Of a stretch of DNA of 64,000 nt, positions 1 to 11,210 are shown one piece after another (position 1 is the first letter of the stretch; each line of letters begins with the position of its first letter). The position numbers and the translations under genes are program-made. The stretch is from Proteromonas lacertae. Its lineage: Eukaryota. The notes below the pieces were generated by a model, which searched no databases, had not been told where the DNA came from, and saw only the letters and a program-made list of their open reading frames with translations. The stretch covers positions 1-64,000 of the forward strand of contig NGBS01000900.1 in assembly GCA_002245135.1 (NCBI GenBank). The letters run 5' to 3'.

Positions 1-3000
1 TCCAGAGAAATTGATATACAATAAAATCGTATTAGATGCAATAGAAAAGTTGAGTTTCAACTATTTGACAATAGTAAATATATCCTATTTAAATTCTGAT
101 GATAATTTTGATGCAATTGAAAATTTTATTGATATATCTTTATATCACGGATCTGAAGATTTTTATATAATTAATACATTATCATATGATAATTTAGTGA
201 TTTTCTTCGATATATACAAGAAAAGAAGTGCTGTGCTCAAAGTTTTCCCTGTGTTTTGTATTGACACTTCAATGACAAAAATTGATAGTAGTAAAACAGA
301 AGGTAATTATTTAGTATCTTACGAAATAAATACATCTTCAGAAGAAGAAAAAGTTCGTTCTGTAATTCATCAATTATTAGGAGATGATTATGTAATAAAT
401 GGTAAAGAAATAGGCTATATAATTGCATTATTCTTTTTAGGTGAAAGTTTAATATCAACCAAAGAATTATCAAGAGAATGTGATAATCAATTATTTATAT
501 AAGACTAAAACAGATACATTATTTGGTCATTTACAGTTTGCGACAAGATAATACAATCACAAGATCAATAGTATTAAATAAGATCAAAATCTAGTGGAAT
601 TGTGTTTGATAAGTTCATATTAAAGACATCCTATGAAGCAGGTGTATGGAATGATCAGTTTATTCAAAAAGAGAGTATACTAGTTGTAATTGGAGAGATT
701 CATTCAACTGATAAATTTGAAAGATCAACTATAAAGATTGGTATTATTTTATCACTCTCTCAGGAGCATATTCTCATAATGATAGAAAATCATTTAATTT
801 ATATTTAATGATTATTGATTACTATAATATAGAAATGAAAGGTATTAGAGGGTTGATAATTGTTCCTACATTTGTTGATGTAAAGTCAGATGTGAGTTTA
901 GTTAAAGATTCTCTTTTATATCTAAGTTCGAATAATATAAACAGTGTAATTGGCTTGTCAAATTCTGAGATGAGAAAAGCATCATTAGCTACTTTGGAGG
1001 AGAAGAATTTGGTACTTTTTTATCCACCATAATTATGAAGGTCCTTGAATGCAAGAGAAACATAATATATGTTGGAGTACCATTTACTAGTCATGTTAGT
1101 GTTAGATATTATATACAAAGAGATGTATTACAAACTAAAAGGAGAGTTGCAATAGTTTATACAAACACTTTGTATTACAAAACAGCGGTAGAGATATTGA
1201 CAGAAGATTTAAACGCTATTGGAATTACAGTTTCATATGTTTCAAAAACTAATTATGATGCTTCAGATATGAATTCAATTGTAAATGAATTATTATATAT
1301 GTTATTGGGAGGTGGAATTATTATATCTTTAATTGATGGAGATTTGAAATATCAATTTTATGAAGTAGCTTATCAGAATTTTTTAGTAGAACCAGCATAT
1401 ACATTCTATACATTTGGTATTGATTCTAGTGTATTACATACAGAATATGCAAAATACTTCTCAAGTCATTATCTAATTACTGAAGCCATTGAAGTAGATA
1501 ACGAAATAACACAAATTATTAAGAAATATAAGGATGATTATTACCCATACATTGATTATTTTGATAATGGTATGTATTATTCTATTTTGTCGATTATGTT
1601 ATGGAGAGAAACAATAGAAAATAAAAAATCTTATCAAACAGAATTAATTTTACAATCAGTTAACAAATTGTCATTCTCTTCACCATTCGGTGTTATTTCT
1701 ACTTCATCAAATCATCATATTTCAATACCTAGAGTAATTGCTAGAGTGATAAAATCAGATAATAATAAATATGAATTTAATTTCAGCTTAAATAGTGGAT
1801 TTACAGTTCCAAGCCCTTATTCTACAAAATATTTGGGAAATGTTGTATTTATATGTGATTGGAGGAAATCAGTAGAACAGCAACCCACAATTTCTGTAAA
1901 CTTTCTTATTGTTCTTTCACCAAATGATGAAACATCATATTTATCTATCATAGCAGTAACAGTATCATGTATTGATGATATAAATTCAAAGAATGGGATA
2001 ATGGGTTATACAGTAAATCCTTTGTTCATTATATACAATGATGAAGATGTAACATTGAAAGATAAGCTTGAAAAAACTATGGTAGAAAATCCATTGAATT
2101 TATTGTATATTGGATGTACAACATCATTCTGTTTAAATACAATTTCTCCATTATTAATAAAATATCACAGATTATTACTTTATCCAATAAAATTCCAAGC
2201 AGAAATATGTCATCCAGCAATGTTAGCAACAGGACCAATACCCAATCAAATAATTGGTTCTGCAATTACATATATTTCTAGTTTGTTAGTCACTAAGAAT
2301 ATAGTTTTATTGTATTCTAGTAATACTAAGTGGAATGTATTTAAAGAAGTTTTTAAAGAAAGTATAGGTGATCAATACTCAATTGTTTATGAAAAGGAAA
2401 TTGATGATTATTCTTATTTTTCCATGTCAATGGTCAATAATATAATAGGATTATTAGCAAATGGAGGGTTTATCATTAGTTTCTTAAGTGAAAAACCACT
2501 ATTAAGTATTTTGAATTATTTGAATGTGATGATTGTTGATGTAAGTTACATAAATTTTGAAATATATAATTTCAGAATTCCACCATATACAATTAAGACA
2601 GAATTGCCAGATCTAAAATTTCCTTATTATTACGTTTCAGGCTTAGATGATCCCGTAGAAGATAGTGGATCATTAAGAGATATAAAACAGATATTGGACA
2701 AATACTATGGAAATATGAATATCACTGATGATAGTGTATCTGTAGCAATTACTATATATGGTCTTGTTAAACTTGCAGAAACAGCTAAAACAATAAATAT
2801 TACAGTATTAAAACAATACTTATTTACAACATATTTAACAGATGATAAAACAACAAGATTCTCAACAAGCAATTATATGGTGAGAGATATTTATATATAC
2901 AAATATGCGAATAATGTTGGAAGCATTGTAAGAACATTCCAAGGAACAGAACCACAATCTTTCAATTGGAAATTAGATGGTAATTATGGTAAAATGTGTG

Positions 3001-6000
3001 ATACAAGACTAGTAATAGATTTTGTAGGTAATCCAGTTATAACAGTGGATATAATGAATGTTATATTAGTTACTTCTACAACAGGTGCAAATCAACTAGA
3101 TTATAGAGGAATATCTGAAGTATTTCAACAAATAATTGATAATATAAACTCAAATGGTGGTTTAAGAAACAAAAGAATTAATTATGAAATAATTGATGAT
3201 CAATCAGATACAACAATTTGTTCTGATTCAATTAAAAGAAGATTAAGTGAAATAGATAATTTAACTGCAATATTCACTACAGGAGGTCAATTGTGTGTTG
3301 ATTTAGTAGTTAGTTCATTAATACAATATAATGTGAAACTATTCCATATTGGTATATTTGGAGGTGAAAGTTGTGAATCAAATGTTTTTCATTTTGGAAT
3401 AGAACCAACAACCATAGAAAGACATATAGAAATAATGATGAATAAAGGAATTAATAATTTTGGTATTATATCGACATCTGAAGCTTATCATATGAAATTC
3501 TATACTTATGCTGAAAGATATATAAATTATTTGTATGGCACTGTATCATTAGCTGCAACAGTAGAAGAAAGTATTAATGACTGTAAATCTTTAGCTCAAA
3601 ACATAAAATCAAAATTAGTAACGCAAAATACAGCCTTGTTGCTATTTGTTAATGTTAATGTTCATAGATTATTATCTACAGCATTGAAGTATGTGGGAAT
3701 AAATGATAATGACTATACAATTTTTTCATTTTCAACATATGAGAATGTGGCATTTTTAGATGATGGAAATATATTACCATTCTATTCAGTTGCTCATTAT
3801 TTTAATACAATCAAAAGTGAAGAAAATTCAAATTTTATTGAAGAGATTAAACTAAGTTTATCTAATGATGTTAAAATAAATGCATATCATGAATCAATTT
3901 ATACTGCTATAGAATTATGGGAAAGAACCGTTAAAGACTATAGTAATATTGAGATTAAAGATTTGAATTTGCAGTATTATAATTTGAATCTAAGCACTGC
4001 TGCTGGTTATATGGTAATGCATAGTAATAATATTGTTTATAGAAATATATATTTATCATATTATGATGGAAATGAATATGGTGGTTTTACTATTGTTTCA
4101 AACTCAGATTATGGATATCCAACTGCTTGGAAACAGTTTATTAACAGTGGTATTTATGTATGTGACTTTATTGATCCTTCAATTGGCCAAAAGTATAAAT
4201 CTCCAAGTATTTCAATCGGTATTATGGCATCTTTGACAGGAATTGACGAATTAAGAGGAAGAGAAATAGTATGTAGTGTGTTGCTAGTGACTAGACGAGT
4301 AAATAGAGAAGGAGGTTTAATTGGAAGTAGAATAGAAGTAGAAATATTTGATACAGAATCAAATTTTGATACATATAAGCAGAAAGCTTTATCTATTTCT
4401 CAGATACCAGAATTAAGTGCTGTATTTGGAGCAGCATGGGATGATGAATATAAAATGTTGATTCAATACTTCAATAAAGTTGGAAAACTATTCTTCTTTT
4501 CTGGAACAGCAACAAGTGATGGTTGTGAGAATTATGGTGTTGTTACTCAAGATACTTTTATACAACTCATTACTGTTACACAGTATACTTTAGTGAAAGA
4601 AGGTACAAATGAATATATAATCATTTATTCATCTCATCGTTTCAGTGTAGAGAATTTGAAGATATTTTCAGGGTTTTTAGATAGTATTAATATTAAGTAT
4701 ATTAAATATGAATATGATTCAACGAACAATGAAATATTTGAAGAAATAAGACAACTATATCCGAATGGAGTTAAAATCGTTGATGTTGGTTCTACATGGT
4801 ATGCTCTTGAAATGTCTATACGAGCAACAAAAGCTGGACTTGTTTATCCAAAGTATAAATTCTATCATTATTTTGTTGATGAATATCTATTGAATGGAAA
4901 TGAAAAATATTTTGAAGGACATATTTTCTTAAGTTCTTGGTTTGCTGTAGTGGGTAAAGCTATTTCAAAAGGTTATGAAAATCAAAGAAGTTTTTATAGA
5001 GAGTATGTAGAAACTTATTCAGATTCCATTAGAGTATCAAGTACAGCAGAAGCAACATACACAAGTGTGGAGCTATGGATAAGTGGAGTTAAAGAAAGTT
5101 ATAGTTTTGAATCATCATTAGTGAAAAAGGGAATGTTAGGCAAAAAAATAAAAGCTGGTTCAGATAGGATAAGATTAGAAATTAATAATATTGTTTCAAG
5201 AAAAATATATACAGCACAAGTGATAGATGGAGTATTAGTATTAATTACTTCAACTACTGAAGCTATCTATCCTTACTCTTATGCTAATTGGATGCCTGAT
5301 AATCAAGGCAAAGAATGCGATTGGGTAAACAATAATGGTACATACATTAAACAGAATATTAAAAGAGTAGGAATTATATTAGAGTCTGATTTTAGAATTA
5401 ATACAGAAATTTATAATGCATGGATATCTTTTAAAGATGCTTTAAATGAAATTAATCTAGAAGGTGGTATTAATGGAATAGACTTTTATGAATCATCTGC
5501 AATTGTACCACTTGATGATGTTGAGAATAGCACAATTCAACTTATAGAGAATGAAAAAATATATGCATTATTTGGATGTTTATCAATCAAATGCAGAGAT
5601 ATAGTAAGTGTTATTGCTGAAGAATATAAAAAGATGTTTTTCTATATTGGTAATAATGGTGGAGAATATTTTTCAAAATACACATTTTCTATTTCTTCAA
5701 CCATAATCCAAAATTTAAATGTAGCATTAGCATATACTAATAAAATGTATAAGAATTATTATTTGCTAATTGATCAACAAAATTAATATCTTTTTTTTTA
5801 TCATTATATACACTCAATTAGTTACTTAATTTTGTATTGATTTATACTTTGATAAAATAACAACCTTCATATCAGCACATACTAATAACCAATTGTTAGG
5901 TTATTATGAAATAACAGATAAAATAAAATGTAGTATAATTATGAGGAATATAGCATCAGCATCAAGTATTTATAATCACATGATTAGTATTTATATTTAT

Positions 6001-7716
6001 GTATTTTATGTATTTTTAGTAATTACTGTTTTGTCAAAATCAAATTTTGAAGAATGTATGGAGTATTATGTAAATAATAGGTTAATAAGATATAGATACT
6101 ATCTACTAATATTAAATTATAATCATTATGAATATTTAGATATTGATATAAATACAATAGTTGGAAGTTATATATCATTGTCATACCATCAAAGTAATAC
6201 TTATTTCAGAAATTATGCATTTAAAAAGAGAGTTAGTTCAGTATTAGATGCAATGTCTTACATATCGCCATATTATGAGAATTGCTATTCATCAATTAAT
6301 ATATTCAAATTAGCAGTTGAAAAAGCATCGCAATATGATTCAAGAAATGAATTACCTGAAAGTGACTATGTTAGATTAACTATTCCAAAAATACAATATC
6401 AATCACCTTCAGGGGTTATTACAATGACAATAAATAATTATGCAGAAAGACCAATGTATTTATTGGAAATAATTAGAGAAGATAAATTCCTTCAAGTTAA
6501 TCCAGAAATAGGTACAATTGAGTCTTACAATCCTTATCCGTTTATAACATATTTACCAAAAGAAAGTGAAAATGTAAAAAGTATAAGAATACTTAAAAGA
6601 AGTGAAATAATGAAGTGGTTTGGCTTTTGTTTATGTTTGTTTAGCATATTAGTTTCGTTATTATGTTTAATATATACAATAAAATTTAGAAAGAACAGAA
6701 TAATAAAATGTAGTTCACCACTTTATTATTATTGTTTAATATTTGGTTTAATTATGTCAGCAATAAGTATAATATATTTGACAGCCACTCCAACTTCATC
6801 TTCAGTTATATGCTATATTAGAATCAACTTATGTTTATTCTCAGTTATGTTTGTATCTTCAATGTTATTTGTAAAAGCTGCGAAATACAATTTCAGTAGG
6901 AAGAAGAGAATACATAAAGTATTATTTATCTTAATAATTAAAATAATAGATAAAAATCACTCCATTTTATATTGTAAAGATATTTTTATTTTCTTACTTT
7001 TTCCCATTGGTAGTGTCAGTAGTTTATCAAATTGTCTCTCAACCATCTTATACTTTACAGTTGAGTGAAAAAGATTCATCGTTCTTAGTTGATTCTTTTT
7101 ATGAAGAATGTTCTCAAGATGATATATTTAAGTATATTTTTTTATCTTTATTTTTCCATATAGTATAATCATCATTGTTTATGTAGTAATATATATTTTG
7201 TATGGTTTATACTTATCTTTCCACTCAAGACAAAAAGCTATTGAATTTGGTGATTCTTATTCGTTGCTTATAACTTATATTGTTGAATATATCCTTTTAC
7301 TTAATGATTTATTCTGATAGATATTCTTTAACATTCGTTTAATCTTCATGTTGATCATTTTATTCGTTTTAGAATTTGTAATAAACTCAACTCCAGATTA
7401 TTTATTGTTATTTAGAGGAATTGGTTATCCTTTAGTAATAATAGCTATTACATTAGTCCAATTCGTTCCAAAGATATTGTTTATGTTTACTGATGAATTA
7501 GCACTTGATGTAACAGACAGTAGTATGACAGAATCAATGAGTGTTCGCCAATCTCAATCATATCTTTTTTTTATCTTTACATAATCATCTTATTATTTCT
7601 TAATCATATTTACTTCAGTATCTTATTCAATGAATCATTCTATAAATCATTCAATAAACCGTTCTGCATCTCGTGCTATGTCTCAATCTCAGTCTATTAA
7701 TAGAAAGCATATATAG
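1..7716 (+). CDS. Giant class C (GABA-B-like) 7TM receptor with at least 6 tandem UrtA/AmiC-like periplasmic-binding-protein domains; 5' end lies outside the window
   Basis: Repeat units such as ISIGIMASLTG..E......VN..GGLIG..IEVEIFD are separated by C(D/N)x linkers at 685, 1854, 2997, 4161 and 5316. The 7TM region has KNRIIKCSSPLYY..., CYIRI..., FVKAAK, EFGDS and QFVPKI. GT-AG introns at about 5987, 6919-6949 and 7132-7163, plus three U12-type introns. Stop TAG at 7714-7716. Several 1-nt frameshifts in 480-1045. Confidence 0.8.
5786..5837 (+). other. U12-type intron candidate, AT-AT, 52 nt (3' end uncertain)
   Basis: 5' ATATCTTT at 5786 overlaps the apparent TAA. Branch TTACTTAAT at 5822-5830. 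Ending at 5837 rejoins the frame (QQNY-DLYFDK). Confidence 0.55.
7289..7342 (+). other. U12-type intron, AT-AA, 54 nt
   Basis: 5' ATATCCTT, branch TTCTTTAAC at 7324-7332. Removal gives DSYSLLITYIVEFFMLIILFVLEFVINSTPD...QFVPK, which is gap-free with the class C TM6-TM7 spacing. Confidence 0.7.
7560..7613 (+). other. U12-type intron, AT-AC, 54 nt
   Basis: 5' ATATCTTT, branch TTTCTTAAT at 7596-7604, 3' TTTAC. It removes an in-frame TAA and continues the Ser-rich tail to TAG 7716. Confidence 0.8.
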
Positions 7717-7872
7717 AAATAGTTTGTTACTAAGATAGTCAGTTGGTTGTATGCATTCATAAAGTTTCTTTTGCTCAACTATGAATATTGTTTATTTACG
7801 TTTTTAACCAAAAAACAAAATACTAACAAACGACTAAAATAATATGTTCGTTGGCTTGAAATATTAATTTGA

Positions 7873-9082
7873 ATGATGTTGAATTTCTCTAGATCAGTTA
7901 AATCTTTTGGTAGAATCTACCCACTAATGCAGTGCAAGAATGTTCTATTTTCAATGTCAGCAATTAGAACTCATATACCAGAAGCAGAAGACTATCGAGT
8001 GGTATTTAGCAAATTAATAAATAAATCCAGTTGGTTGAATTTAGACAAAATCACTGTTGTCTCAAATGAAGATAGATTCTATAGAGGAAAAGGCTTATAT
8101 CTAATTTGGTTAAAGCAACATTATAATGTTTCAGCATCATCTCTCGCTTACATATTTTACTTTTTAGGTACTGTTGGGCGTTGTGATGAATCAATTAAGA
8201 TGTTTGAAAAGCATAAATCAAATCTGAAGTCTTCTTATCCAAATATAGAAATATGTTCACAATTTTTAGCATCTATAAGATATTTAACAGATGTAAATAC
8301 GGTAGACAAATACTTCAAAGAAATTCTAAATTATTATCCAAAGGATATTGATATAACAACATCATATGTTTCATTCTTGTTTAATAATAAAAGCTATACA
8401 AATATTTATGAAATATATGACAATATAAAATCTCAATCAGTTCATTTATCACCAACAATGTTTAATATCATGTTATTAACATGTGTAAAACTCAAAGATG
8501 TGGAAAAGATGAAGAATATATGGAATTATCATTGTTCATATAATGGAATAACAACGTCAAATGATTATCAAATCTACATGAGTGGTTTATATGAAGAAAA
8601 ACAGTATAACGAAATACTTGAGATATTTAAGACGATGCCAGACAATGATATAACAAAAATAAATGTTGGTATGGTTATGATATTAAGTAATTGTTCAAAA
8701 TACTTAAATTCTTATGAAAAATTAAAGGATGTTTGTATGAAAATGTATAAATCATATATTCAAGAAAATAAGGATGAAGTTATCAAAGATGAGTTATTAT
8801 CTAATCCTGAATTTTTCAATAATATATTGTTCTCAAATGCTATAACAAAGTCTGAATTGAGTGAAGAAATGAAATTATATTTGGAAGAGGATAATAAAGT
8901 ATTTAAAAATGCATTTATCAAATCCAACAAGTGAGTTGTTTTATTCTGTTTCATATTATAATAATGGTTTATACAACAAGATACTTTCAAAATCATCATC
9001 TAAAAACAAAGAAAATAAACAAATGAAAAGAAATAAAGTATTAATTGATGAAGTAAATAAGTATAAGGAGATGAACAAATAA
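7873..9082 (+). CDS. PPR-like helical repeat protein, probably organelle-targeted
   Basis: 353-aa ORF with an Arg/Ser-rich N-terminus and PPR-like units (TMFNIMLLTCVK..DVEKMKNIW; DYQIYMSGLYEEKQYNEILEIF). An intron starts GTGAGT at 8931; the last exon is uncertain. Confidence 0.55.
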
Positions 9083-9206
9083 GAATTTACATCAATCTTT
9101 TTTTCTATGTATTTTTTTTCATATAGACAATAAATATATGATAATATTAAACAACATATTTAAGGTTTAAAAAGAAAAGTAACACAAACTAATTTAATCT
9201 GTCGAT

Positions 9207-9917
9207 TCATTCAATTTTCTCTTTTTTTCTTTGAATTCTCTCTAATTTTTCTTCTTTCTTTCTCTTAGCTATTTTCTCTCTCATTATTTCACCTTGTTTC
9301 TTCAAAATCTTCTTAATTGTATGTTTACTTGCTGTATTAGTTTCATCTACTTTAGTTTCTGTTTCTTTCTTCAATTGATTTTTACTCTTTTTATTACCAA
9401 ATGCAGTAATTAAGTCTTGCCTCTTTTCTAAATAAGATCGTTCTTTTTCTGTTTCTTTAATTTCAGATATAGTAGTGTTTTACTGTTGATTCTAAACTAT
9501 ATACTCTATCAATCTTTGTAACATCTAAATTATTGTTTGAAGAATCAAAAATTCCAAAATATATACTACAATAACAATAATAATGTAATCTATACTTTTG
9601 AGATGAATTAGAAAAATTTGAATCATAATTATTGCCTTGATATAGAATCATTGGTGTTTCTGCAACTAGTTTTCTTCTCATTTGACCTTTTTTTGATAAT
9701 TTCTTATATTCATTAAGAAAAATATTATATAATATAAATAGACATAAAAGATATTCATATGACTGGAATTTTATATGATCTTCTCCTTGATTTGACAGAA
9801 TTGATGAAGTTGGTGGACCTCCAGGAAAGGAAACTAATAGATTATAGAAAATATAATACCAACAAATGGCGGTTGTACATCAGCATTAAGTTTATGGCAA
9901 GTTATATGACATTTCAT
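9207..9917 (-). CDS. RNA polymerase I subunit RPA49/POLR1E-like (N-terminal part only)
   Basis: Spliced model reads MKCHITCHK...VSFPGGPP...RRKLVAETPMILYQGNNY...YFGIFD...QDLITAFGNKRVKNQLK. Two GT-AG introns, one U12-type intron and one 1-nt frameshift near 9480. Confidence 0.55.
9704..9754 (-). other. U12-type intron, AT-AA as assembled, 51 nt
   Basis: Minus strand ATATCTTTT from 9754, branch TTTCTTAAT at 9720-9712. In-frame join SYE-KLSKKGQMRR. It would be AT-AG at 9703 if the nearby A7 run is one base short. Confidence 0.7.
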
Positions 9918-10008
9918 TTTTGATCAAGCTTTTTGTTTGACTATTTTTTTAAATATTTGAAAGTTTTAAAGGAATTAGTGAATATTTACTCCGATCAAAT
10001 ATTTCTTA

Positions 10009-11049
10009 ATGTCTAGTAGTGAAATAAAAGCCAAATTAGATAGTATAATCGCCGATTTAAATCCTTCAAAAGAATGGGATAAGAACGAGAAAGCTTTAAA
10101 TGAGATAATTGTATTTATTGATACATTATAATTGAAATAGAAAATATTTAATGAATCAAATGAAGGAAATGTAGAAGATTTACAGAATATAGCTATTAAA
10201 ACGAAAGAGCTAATATGCAAAGCTATTAAGAATTTAAGATCAAAATTGTGTATAAGTGCATGCAATTGTATCACAACTATGTCAAAAGTCTTAAAATCAA
10301 ATTTCAACTGTTGTTCAGATTATTATTTTCAAATATTAATGAATAACACAAATAATGGTGTGTCTGTAATAGCAAATTCATGTCTAAATACATTACAATC
10401 CATAATATCATCAACAAAAATTGGTTATTCAAAGCTTTTGTTAATCATTTATAACTCTTCAAAATCTAAAAATTACTTTACTCGATTATCAGGTGCAAAA
10501 TGTTTTCATTTAGCAATTACAAATTGGATAAATTTCGGCCATGAAAACCACTTTCAAGAATATTCAACCTATTTAGTTTCATGCTTAAATGATTCAAATC
10601 AAATGTGTAGAAATGAAGGAATAGAATGTTATAATTCTCTGTTGAAATTATTCCCAAATAAAATGAATGCAATATATGATAAATGTAATAGAATGATACA
10701 AAAGAAAATCAATACGTTTGATAAACATACTGTATTAGATAACAATATACCAACAGAAAATAAATCAAAGCTTACAAAAATAGATAAGCCAAAAGTAATT
10801 TCAAAAAATGTTATCATAAAGCCAATAATCAAGAAAGAAGAAATAGTTGAGATGAAAAAGGATGTGGAAACAACAAATCAAAAATCATCTTTTGCTATAG
10901 GAAAGAAATTGTTCAAGAATTTGAAAACATTAGGAAAGGCAAAGAGAATGAATTTATCTAAAGCAAGTGATCTCAATAAGAGGAAGAAGATAAATGAGAA
11001 TGAAAATAAAAGTAAAAGAATTTGTTTATCAGATATAACAAATAAATAA
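10009..11049 (+). CDS. CLASP N-terminal (TOG/HEAT) domain protein
   Basis: EWDKNEKAL...IKNLRSKLCISAC...VIANS...SKN...LNDSNQMCRNEG; 30-nt GT-AG intron at 10111-10140. Confidence 0.7.
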
Positions 11050-11210
11050 TCCATTATTTTATTGTTTTTATTTGATTATTACATTAGCATAAAAGAAGAT
11101 GAAGAATTAACAAAACAATATTTTTCAAATCTATTTTGAATAAGCTTGTAACTCACTTCAAGCCATTTGTGTTATAACACTAATTTTTTAGAACTGCATT
11201 GTTATATAAG

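Noticed and set aside
1030..1032. TAA/TAG stop-codon reassignment as an explanation for ORF breaks
   Set aside because: Long ORFs have no in-frame TAA/TAG, conserved genes end normally in TAA/TAG/TGA, and the breaks are explained by introns or indels.
5424..5450. Other ATATCTTT words (also 134, 1323, 57712, and 55869 antisense)
   Set aside because: They lie in uninterrupted coding frames, on the wrong strand or without a correctly spaced branch box.
1035..5786. Bacterial contamination or a urea ABC operon
   Set aside because: The domains continue into an intron-containing 7TM region, composition matches the host, and no permease or ATPase genes are present.
7282..7320. In-frame GT-AG intron (GTTGAA...TAG) as an alternative to the AT-AA intron
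   Set aside because: The donor is atypical for this window, it leaves perfect U12 signals unexplained and it inserts 5 residues (including Arg) in TM6. Not fully excluded.
8931..8961. Possible GT-AA intron giving a longer last exon
   Set aside because: A canonical AG at 8980 also gives a valid short terminal exon; the two cannot be distinguished here.
11046..11087. Possible ATAATCC...TAG intron extending the CLASP-N gene
   Set aside because: It does not match the U12 donor, has no branch box, and the gene already has a stop codon.
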